In this document: piece by piece, positions 40,898-51,755 of the stretch
Layout: every line of letters begins with the position of its first letter
Position numbering within the stretch: the stretch's first letter is position 1
Assembly (NCBI RefSeq): GCF_037042905.1
Contig: NC_087245.1
Span: forward strand, 23,500,001-23,564,000
From: Lytechinus pictus
Lineage: Eukaryota
Direction of reading: 5' to 3'
Length of the DNA: 64,000 bases
Position numbers and translations under genes: made by a program
The notes under the pieces: generated by a model
What the model was told of the DNA's origin: nothing
Databases searched by the model: none
Seen by the model: the letters and a program-made list of their open reading frames with translations, nothing else

Positions 40898-42783
40898 CAG
40901 TCTACACAAGCAGAACCAAACAGAATCAGTTTGCCACACTCAAATTCCCAATTTGCGCTTGCATCAATTGTTTAGTTACATACCTTTCCCATTTATGATT
41001 ACAAAAAGTGCTTAAAATGACAATTTTTTAGGTCAGAATTTTTAGCTCGCGCTTCGTGTTCCCATTCTTGAAATATGTACCGTCTTCATGGGTAAACAGT
41101 CCTTAATAGGTCCCTTTTCGATCATGCTAGAACACTTGTTAAATATTCTGTTCATGCTTGGCATTCTCAGTAATTATCTAGTTACATACGCATCTTGTTC
41201 AGGATCACAAACAGTGCCCAGAATGTTAAATTTCAGGACAAAATAAATACATGAAAGTTCAAAAAAAGAAAGAAAAAAATATTCGCCTGCGCTTCGCGCT
41301 CGCACTTTTTATATAAGGCCTATGAGATTATTTCATATTGATGTTGCTTTATAAGAATAAAGCTAAGAAATGACTGATCGGGGAAAATATAGGTGAAGAT
41401 AATTTTGGGCCCCATCCCCTATTGGCGAAAGTCTGATACACCCTTGTGACACATACACACACAGAGAAAAAAATAGTGCCCCCCCCCCCTGAAAAAGCAA
41501 GGACCCCCCGGTGCCCCCCTCCCCAGAGAAATAATCCTAGCTACGCCACTGGACTGATTCCTTTATCCCCAAACCACTTATACAAGACAAGCTTATTTCT
41601 ATCCAGGATGTAAATCAGTTCTAGAAAGAGCAATCTGGAAATTTGCCTCTGGCAGGGCCTAGTAGGACACTATAGGTGTTTGATTTGATTGATTTTATTT
41701 CAGCATTTTTTCAACAGAAATAATTAACAAACATAATGTACAACATAAAGAAAAAAATAGTGATACATTTCTTTTTACAAAAATAAATACAAATAATCAT
41801 TCATTTGCAAAAATGTATATAGATAGTATTAGTTTGCAATATTATAAGTTGTACTTTGTACTTTGTTGACTAGACAAAAAAAAATGCTGGAGACCGTTAG
41901 TGTTAATAGGCCTAACGTTATTCCAATACCAACATGATTAAGGGATGCTCCAGGCTGAAGATATTCATAATTGATCATATCTCAAGAAATAGAGTAAAAT
42001 TCACAAAGAAAAATGCTGGAAATTTGATCAAAATCGGATAATAACAAAGTTGTTGAATTTAAAATATTTGCATTATTCCTGTAGATTTCTAGGCATACAT
42101 GAATATTCAGTGGGCAAAATGATGATGTCATAGTCATACCCCCACTTGTTATTTTGTATTTTGTATGAAATTAGGTTTATTAAAAAATTTCCTACAAGTC
42201 ACAATTGGATTGACAACATTTACACCAACTTATTTAATTATAATGGAGACATATCATTTACACATATGACAAAATGAAGCAATTATGATTTCGTGTACAA
42301 TAATAACTGTCAAGGAAAAGGAAAGTGGGGATGTGAAATCATCAGCCCACCTTATGAATATTCATGATGACAATTGTGACATAGACCTAGGGCTAGGCCA
42401 CTCAAGGGTTCATTACATGCCACCGTGAACCAGAAAATCAAGGCACAACGCATGCAACTCTCTTTATGAGCGGATCTCGCATATAGCCATTAGTTTTGAC
42501 CGACTCGATCCTAATTCGATCTTAGCCTGTATTATGGTGTCATCTATCTAAACACCCAATTTTTAAAAAATCTGTTGAAATTTTATAAGTTATTATGAGG
42601 ATACCAACTCGCATATTTAATGACCCTGTGTAGTGGTCCACCTGCATTCCCCCAACCAGTTATCGGGAGGAGAGACCTGCGGGTCACAGTTCTGTGTGCG
42701 CGCCCTTGTAGGCGACCCAGATTGGCTGGCTCCTCCAATATGCCTTTGAATGTCTTTGACAGATATATGGTGCTATAAAAATG

Positions 42784-44388
42784 CAGTGGCGTAACAGGCG
42801 AGGGGGCAAGTTGCCCCCCCTGGCGGATTTCACCGGGAAAATAAAAAAAAAAACGGGAAAAAGAAAAAAAGGAGGGAGAAAGAAAGGGAAAGGGGAAGGA
42901 AAGGGGAAAAGGAAAGGAGGAAAGGGAAATGGAAAGAGATGGGAAAAGAAAACGAAGAAAAAACTGTTTTTAGTAGAAAAGGGAGGAAAGCGGGAAAATG
43001 TACGATAGAATTAACATTTGAGAAAGAACAAATCATTGAGAAAAGGGCCTATGTAATGCAAAAGCACGGTGGGAAATAAATTAAATAAATTAAATAAATT
43101 AAAAGATGACAAAATGGCAAACAATAGCGGGAAACGAATGTAGAATGTAATTAGTCAAGAGCTAAATTAGAAAACAAAGAAAAGGAACAAGAAAAAAAAT
43201 AACACGACCGGGCTGCTGATGATTGAAATTAAAGAGCGGGAAGAAAGATGGACTGCATACAACATTGTGCTATAAGCTTTCTAAATTTTATGCAAATAAG
43301 CTACCGGGGCTTTGCCCCAGACCCCACACAGTAGGGGCTCTTCATTTATAATCTTCAAATGGCTCTATAACGCCCCCGTTCAATCACTGCCATACAGGCG
43401 GGGGGGGGGGGGTCGTGGTTCCACACCCAATAGGATATAAAATAAATTTTATAGGAGACAACGTACATGACGTATAATGAAATGAATGGAAACAATGAAT
43501 TGTGTTATTTGCTGAATATAATGGAAAAATCTAGCACATAATTAGATTTTAATTTCAATAGGCAATTTTTTCCAGCTCGCTTTGCACGCTGGCGACTTTT
43601 TACAAATTTTCCCACATTTCTATGTTTTGCCCCGTCAAAATATTTGGTTCATTACGCAACTGGGTTGAATAAATGTGTTGTGTAAAAGCTATATTATGCC
43701 CGCGATTTGATTAAAATTGGGGAAATCTGCAAGGTTTAAATGGCTTTAATATCAAGAAGTTCCTGGGGCTCTGCCATGGACCCCAAGCGCACAGCACTGC
43801 GTATGGAAGGGTTGGGCCATGGCCCCCAAAAGTTCTACAGCCAAGAACAAAAAAAGGAGGAATTGCCTCCTTTTTTGTTGGAAAAGTATTGTAGGATATG
43901 ATTTTAATTACTGAATATGTTAAAAAATAGCTCAAAGTTATATTCTCATGAAAAGTTGATTTTTTTTCTCGCTCGCTTCGCTCGCTCAGGACTTATATAT
44001 ATATATAAAGCAGCCTTTTGGCAAATGTTCTATACTGCGCCCCTCGTTGTTTTTTTGTTTTGTTTTTTACTCTTCACGCTACTGCCGCAAAGAATCCTCT
44101 TCACAGTGGCGTACAGACCACCGTGACAAAAAAGGAATCTAAAGAGAGAAGAATTAAATAAATTTATTATCTGGATATCATGTCAAAATCTATCACAAAA
44201 TTGGATTTTTGTATTAAAAAGGTAAAAAAAAATTGCTCGCTCGCTCGCAACTTTTTTTAAAGATAAGTTCTGGCCTTCTCAAAATAGTCGCCTTACTACA
44301 CCATTACGCCTATTCATAACATGATATGACCGGGAAATTTTTGGCTCTTGCCCCCCCCCCCTGGCCACCGAACCCTGTTACGCCGCTG
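42784..44388. mobile_element. hAT-type MITE shared by both arms (right copy)
   Basis: Reverse complement of 24109-25735; TSD TAAAAATG on both sides. Confidence 0.85.
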
Positions 44389-47228
44389 TAAAAATGCTGT
44401 GCATCATCATCATCATCATCTACCTACACACCCAAATTTTTTAAAAATCTGTTGAATATTTCATAAGATATCTTTAAGGAGCTGTGATCTTTGACCTGCA
44501 TACTCCGAATTCGAACTTAGCCTGTATTGGTATCATCTACCTACACACTCAAATTTGTTTAAATATGTAGAATATTTCATAAGTAATCATGCGGAAACTA
44601 AATTGCATATTTAATGAGCCGTGACCTTTGACCTGCCGACTCCGAACTTAGCCTGTATTTGGTGTCATCTACCTACACACCATAATTTTTATAAATCTGT
44701 TGAATATTTCATAAGTCATCATGCGAAAACCAACTGGGATATTTCATGAGCTGTGACCTTGGACCTGCAGACTCCGAATTCAAAGTTAGCCTGTACTATG
44801 GTGTCATGTACCTACACACCAACATTTTTTTTAATCAATATATATAAATCGAAATATATTTCGATTTATTGCGCGGAAACCAAGTGGGGGGGGGGGGGGC
44901 GGGGGAATCAACGGACAGGGGCAACGCTTAATGCCCCCTCCGGACTTTGTCTGCGGGGGCATAATTACCGAGGAGCTGCATTTCTCAAAATAGTCGCCTT
45001 ATTACACCATTACGCCTATTCATACCATGATATGACCGGGAAATTTTTGGCTCTTGCCCCCCCCCCCCCCTGGCCACCGAACCCTGTTACGCCGCTGTAA
45101 AAATGCTGTGCATCATCATCATCATCTACCTACACACCCAAATTTTTTTTTAATCTGTTGAATATTTCATAAGATATCTTTAAGGAGCTGTGATCTTTGA
45201 CCTGCATACTCCGAATTCGAACTTAGCCTGTATTGGTATCATCTACCTACACACTCAAATTTGTTTAAATATGTAGAATATTTTATAAGTAATCATGCGG
45301 AAACTAAATTGCATATTTAATGAGCCGTGACCTTTGACCTACCGACTACGAATTCGAACTTAACCTGTATTTTGGTGTCATCTAACTACACACTCAAATT
45401 CGTTTAAATATTTAGAATATTTCATAAGTCATCATGCGAAAACCAACTCAGATATTTCATGAGCTGTGACCTTGGACCTGCAGACTCCGAATTCAAAGTT
45501 AGCCTGTACTATGGTGTCATGTACCTACACACCAAAATTTTTTTAATCAATATATATAAATCGAAATATATTTCGATTTATTGCGCGGAAACCAAGTGGG
45601 GGGGGCGGGCGAATCAACGCTTAATGCCCCCTCCGGACTTTGTCTGCGGGGGCATAATTACCGAGGAGCTGCATTTCTCAAAATAGTCGCCTTATTACAC
45701 CATTACGCCTATTCATACCATGATATGACCGGGAAATTTTTGGCTCTTGCCCCCCCCCCCCCCCCGGCCACCGAACCCTGTTATGCCGCTGTAAAAATGC
45801 TGTGCATCATCATCATCATCTACCTACACACCCAAATTTTTTTTTAATCTGTTGAATATTTCATAAGATATCTTTAAGGAGCTGTGATCTTTGACCTGCA
45901 TACTCCGAATTCGAACTTAGCCTGTATTGGTATCATCTACCTACACACTCAAATTTGTTTAAATATGTAGAATATTTTATAAGTAATCATGCGGAAACTA
46001 AATTACATATTTAATGAGCCGTGACCTTTGACCTGCCGACTACGAATTCGAACTTAACCTGTATTTTGGTGTCATCTACCTACACACTCAAATTCGTTTA
46101 AATATTTAGAATATTTCATAAGTAATCATGCGGAAACTAAATTGCATATTTAATGAGCCGTGACCTTTGACCTGCCGACTCCGAACTTAGCCTGTATTTG
46201 GTGTCATCTACCTACACACCATAATTTTTATAAATCTGTTGAATATTTCATAAGTCATCATGCGAAAACCAACTGGGATATTTCATGAGCTGTGACCTTG
46301 GACCTGCAGACTCCGAATTCAAAGTTAGCCTGTGCTATGGTGTCATGTACCTACACACCAAATTTTTTTTAAATCAATATATATAAATCGAAATATATTT
46401 CGATTTATTGCGCGGAAACCAAGTGGGGGGGGGCGGGTGAATCAACGGACAGGGGCAACGCTTAATGCCCCCTCCAGACTTTGTCTGCGGGGGCATAATT
46501 GCCAAGGAGCTGCATTTCTCAAAATAGTCGCCTTATTACACCATTACGCCTATTCATACCATGATATGACCGGGAAATTTTTGGCTCTTGCCCCCCCCCC
46601 CCCCCCTGGCCACCGAACCCTGTTACGCCGCTGTAAAAATACTGTGCATCATCATCATCTACCTACACACCCAAATTTTTTAAAAATCTGTTGAATATTT
46701 CATAAGATATCTTTAAGGAGCTGTGATCTTTGACCTGCATACTCCGAATTCGAACTTAGCCTGTATTGGTATCATCGACCTACACACTCAAATTTGTTTA
46801 AATATGTAGAATATTTTTTAAGTAATCATGCGGAAACTAAATTGCATATTTAATGAGCCGTGACCTTTGACCTGCCGACTACGAATTCGAACTTAACCTG
46901 TATTTTGGTGTCATCTACCTACACACTCAAATTCGTTTAAATATGTAGAATATTTCATAAGTCATCATGTGGAAACCAACTCGGATATTTCATGAGCTGT
47001 GACCTTGGACCTGCAGACTCCGAATTCAAAGTTAGCCTGTACTATGGTATGGTGTCATGTACCTACACACCAAATTTTTTTTTAATCAATATATATAAAT
47101 CGAAATATATTTCGATTTATTGCGCGGAAACCAAGTGGGGGGGGGCGGGCGAATCAACGGACAGGGGCAACGCTTAATGCCCCCTCCGGACTTTGTCTGC
47201 GGGGGCACAATTACCGAGGAGCTGCATT
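44277..47228. repeat. Higher-order tandem array: 4 units of ~706, 693, 841 and 712 bp, each with ~120-bp subrepeats
   Basis: Units start TCTCAAAATAGTCGCC at 44277, 44983, 45676 and 46517, and end ...AGGAGCTGCATT. Confidence 0.92.
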
Positions 47229-48486
47229 TGAAGCGAGCCTGAATCAAGGCTGTGAAATTTATTAGCGCCACCATCTGGCTTCCTTTTATTTGCGTAAAAA
47301 GAAGAGACACGCGAAGTCACTTTCTACTTCTAGTCCAAACTCCAAAGTAATCAAATTTGCTTTTTTTTAAATATGATTTTGATTTAATTAAAAATATACT
47401 ATTGACTTTTTGTATTATGGCTACTCACCGCAAAGCGCCCCGGTGAGTAGCGAGGAGTTTCGGCAAATATTAATTATGTATTGTAATGAAGCGATGTTTG
47501 CCAACTTCACAGAAATCCAGGGCCAAATGCAGTTCGGTGTACGAGGTTAGTACTAGACTATAGATCTATACATGTACTGTAGCAATCTGTAGCAATATGT
47601 AGCAACTAACCTCGAACTAGTAATGAGTGGGGCCAGGGCCAGTACCACAACTATAGTACAGCAGGCGATGGTTCGTGTAAGCTCCACTACACTTCACTAC
47701 TGCTAACCTCCGCTTCACCTGGCTATATATACGAACCATCGCCTGAGTTTTTTAGGCCTAGTCACTCAAGGGTTCATTACATGCCGCCGCGCACAGAAAA
47801 ATCAAGCAATAGAAGTTGTGTGTTGTGGACACCAGAAGTGGGATCACAGCACGCGTGACCCACTAGTTAGAAATCCATTGCCAAACGTGGTTAATGGTGC
47901 GAGGTTAGTATACTAATAGTACTAACCTCGCAATACGCGTGAGTCACTGAGTGGAGTAGCCTAACGTTAGACTTAGAGTTTCATACGGCATGTACGGCCA
48001 GGCATCAATAACTTTTGTTGTCATCCAATTTCAATGAAATTTTCAGCATTTTGCTCGAAATGAATTTTACATTAATTATTAAGATCAAAGCCTAAATATC
48101 TTCAACCTGTATAATTCATAACCATTTTACTTTTTAGGTTTGCAGAAAAGACCAACCCCCCCCTCCCCCCCCCCCCCATGGTCTGCTGACTACAGTACAT
48201 AAACTTAAATACACGGGACTAGTATTGTTACACAGCTTTTTGCAAATGCAAGTTTGGTAACGACTAACGAATTCCCATTTTTTTTTCAACGTAATTTTGA
48301 AGTCGAAAACATAGCTGAACTTACGAATGCAATGTCCGTGAATAACGTGAAATCTAAGCTAATAAGTTCACCAACATGCCAATCTGAGCTGTGAAAGTGT
48401 GAAAAAGTGTGATCGTCCCGGAGCGAAAACAGCTTGAGTAAGGTGCAGCCAATCAGCGACCTTCTTATGTCCCCTTCGAGACAGAG

Positions 48487-49075
48487 GAGACGAAATGATT
48501 TTATGTCAAAAAGACTCAAAACACAAAATCATTTCGTCGACGAAATTTTTTTGTCTTTTGACACAAAATCATTTCGTCGACGAAATTTTTTTGTGTTTTT
48601 ACACAAAATCATTTCGTCGACGAAATTTTTTTGTGTTTTGACACACAATCATTTCGTCAACGAAATTTTTTTGTGGTTTTGACACAAAATGATTTCGTCG
48701 ACGGAATAGATTTTGTGTGACAAAAAATAATTTCATATACGAAATAAGACTGCGTCATGACGAAATGATTTTCATATGAACAAAAACACATTTTGTGTAC
48801 GGAATTGCGTGAATTGGACGGAATTTACCATCGGTCATTTGGTGCGCCATTTCGTTTGATAAAAATTCATTTCGTATGGCACGCCAAATAAACTTTGTGG
48901 ACGCAATTACATTTCGTCTAGACGAAATTGATTTCGTGCATTTCGTCGAGACGAAATTGATTTTGTGTGACAAAAAATAAATTTTGTGTACGAAATAAAA
49001 AAGCGTCATGACGAAATGATTTTCGTCTGAATAAAAACACATTTTGTGTACGGAATGCCGTGATTTGGACGGAAT
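48487..49075. repeat. Right subterminal repeat domain of the giant element
   Basis: Reverse complement of 21470-22080, with one more ~38-bp unit and a short deletion. Confidence 0.85.
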
Positions 49076-51467
49076 ACACTGGCGGACACTTGGCGCCCCA
49101 TACTCTGCTGGCTCGTTTCTATAGTGCCTTGACGGTTCTAGTCGCAGCAGAGAAAGTAGTATGAAAGAAGAAAAACAGATTCTGATAGCGCAACGAAAGA
49201 TATGTGCAGACCATCTAAGATAAGAAAAATGCAGACTTACTGACTCCTCGCCGGGATGGTAGTAACGTGGCAAATTTGGGGCGATGTACTTTAATATTAC
49301 ATGAAGATAAAGCGAAAGTGTAGCACCAGAATAAAATATGTGCGATCCAGAACATCATACATGTACTTGAGAATAGAATAAGAACATGTGGTCTCTCGAG
49401 CTCTGCGTGTGTCGTGAGCTGAGGCATGGACCATGGCTAGCTGAGGGAAGGATGGCTTTATCCCATGCGTGAACGTTTCGTTGTTTATGTGGGTATGCAA
49501 ATGACTTGGTATTACGTAAGACTCTTCCCATATCGCTCGAAAAATGAACATAATACAGGACATTCATTTTTAATTGTGCAGTCACATGATTATAACATTT
49601 CATTTATTCAAGACTGTTTCTCTAATGGGCCGAGCACCTTTTTGAGAGCAGTAATCAAAACTTGTGTAGTAAATCTGCCATATTTTACTCACGTATACAC
49701 TCCCTTCCTTTGAACGCGAGGTCCTTTCTTCTTCTTCTTTTGCTTGACAAATTTTTGGCGAAATACCTTTAGATTGTAAATTTTTAGATGAAAACCTTTT
49801 TTTTTTCTTTTTTTTTTCTTTTCAAAATTTTCTCATGAATTGTGCCTCCTCCCATTAGAAAAACCTGGATCCACCCCTGCACAACGTAAAGCTGTCCCCC
49901 CCCCCCTCCAACACATAACTGCACAGCCCAACAACCAATGTAACGAACATTTTTATAATAATTATATAAAAAGATTTGGTGCAGCATAAAATATATAAAA
50001 TATAAAGGTATATGCTGGGGATAAAAAGGACATAAAAATAATTGCATTATTCTGTGGCCGGTGGCGAAAGCATAAAAATATTAGATTCTGGATTGGCGGT
50101 GTTCCGGCGGTGTTGAAGCATGATCTTCCGCCGCCAGTGCCAGAATGTATATTTTTACGTACTTCGGGGGGGGGGGGGGGGGTAAGAAATATTTCCATCC
50201 ACATTTCTTCCACATCGGCTGATAAATGCTTAATTATTATCATTTAGGGGGGGGGTGTCCCATGCAACTAAAGTCTGAATTTTTAAGTACATCGTAGCTT
50301 TATTCTTACAATCATGGACCTACTATGGCCTAAATTAATGATGCGAGCGCGAAGCGCGCACGGTAATGTTTATTTTTATATTTCGCCTTGAAAAGAAATA
50401 TAGGAGCGCGAACTTTTTTATGAACATGAACATCTTAAACGGGTCATTCTACTCACTTTTGGTAATCACGCAGGGTATGTTCATCGATTTGATTTATTGT
50501 TCTCGTAAATGCGTATTAGCATTTTCATAACAAAAGAAACATAATATCGTTTAAAATTTTGGCATGAATAATAGAGTGTACTTATTAAAAATATGATTCA
50601 ACCCACACACACCAAATGATCCACACCCAACATATTATGATATTAACAATTAGCAGGATCGAGGATTGTCATTATAAGCACATTGCTTGGAAAAAAATAA
50701 CTGAAAACCCGAGATTCAAACTTATTAAATTGCATTGATTATACAACAGAATGGTGCGAGCGCGGAGCACAAAGAACGAGTTGAAAATTATTAATATTTT
50801 GACATGAAGAGCTGAATCGGGTCATTCTAATCAAATACGGTCTTATGGTAAGTATAAAGTTTATACGCCAAGCGAGCTGATATTTGTTGAAATTAAGATC
50901 TTAATACGAAACATTGTATAAACTGTTTTGGAATATTGCTGCATATTTTCCTGAATAATGATAATAATGTAAAACGCAAGCTGATTTTTTTTAAAGTATA
51001 TTCGCGATTGATTTTTTTTGTATAATGATTTCTACTTTTTCTGTTTTCAAATCGTTCATCTTTTCTTATTTCATTCACTTTTCTTCTTCTTATATCCTTT
51101 CTTATCGTTCCTCTCTATTTCCCCTTTCTCTAGGCATAGATAGCAAAGCCCCAAGAAACTCCAGAATCCTGAGACGTCCAGATGGTATTTTGTACAAAAA
51201 AATGAAGTCACCAATCTAAAAATGTCACTTTAATCCGATTTTAAAAAATGTGGAAAGACACATGCAGGGTTCGGCAACAGGGCATATAAAGTTTAGGAAT
51301 AAAATAGAGAAATGCGAGTAAACGCAAAGAGTTGAATTTGAAAAGTTTTTCGATTTTATATTAACATCCTACATTTTTATTTCAATAGCATGTTCGTGAT
51401 ATTACTTATAACCCCTTATAACATTGCATTATGAAGGGTTATATATAGATATTCCCGTGATGCACAT

Positions 51468-51755
51468 CAGTGTTTCCACTCCTCCCGAAATTCCGAAAAT
51501 TTCGGGAAATTTTACCTTTTCCAGGAAAGGTTCCGAATGAAACAAATCCATGCAGGAAATTTCGGGAAATCCAAAGATTACAAGTAAACAATAATTAAAC
51601 ATAACAACTGTCAACATTCATGTTATATTTTTAAAATTGTTTGCTGAAAGTTTCGGCTGGCTACATTTTTGTACAATTTTTGTTAAAATCAAACTAAAAA
51701 TTCTAGGAAATGTCTATAAATTCGAGAAGTTTGTTTTGGATCTGTGGAAACACCG
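51468..51755. mobile_element. hAT-type MITE
   Basis: CAGTGTTTCCAC...GTGGAAACACCG; perfect 8-bp TSD ATGCACAT. Confidence 0.8.

Larger units (their letters stand above)
21443..49102. mobile_element. Giant 27.66-kb foldback DNA transposon (IS3EU-like termini and TSD), non-autonomous
   Basis: Starts TATGGGGCGCCAAGTGTCCGCCAGTGTATTCCGTCC and ends with its exact reverse complement. Flanked by CTCTGC at 21437-21442 and 49103-49108. The left arm (~21443-35135) is the reverse complement of the right arm (~35476-49102) apart from arm-specific indels. The superfamily call is from termini/TSD only. Confidence 0.9.

Noticed and set aside
21443..49102. Polinton/Maverick or P/Galileo assignment for the giant element
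   Set aside because: No polB, integrase or capsid ORFs and no AG..CT termini (Polinton). The TSD is 6 bp and the termini are TAT rather than the 7-8 bp and CA expected for P/Galileo, despite the THAP exons.
21443..49102. Assembly artefact (inverted haplotig duplication)
   Set aside because: Symmetry ends exactly at a TSD-flanked terminus, and the arms differ by clean insertions and a divergence gradient. Considered unlikely, but not excluded without reads.
48755..49273. Longest ORF (172 aa)
   Set aside because: It runs from flanking DNA across the TSD into the terminal repeat domain, has no recognisable domain, and is a chance open frame.
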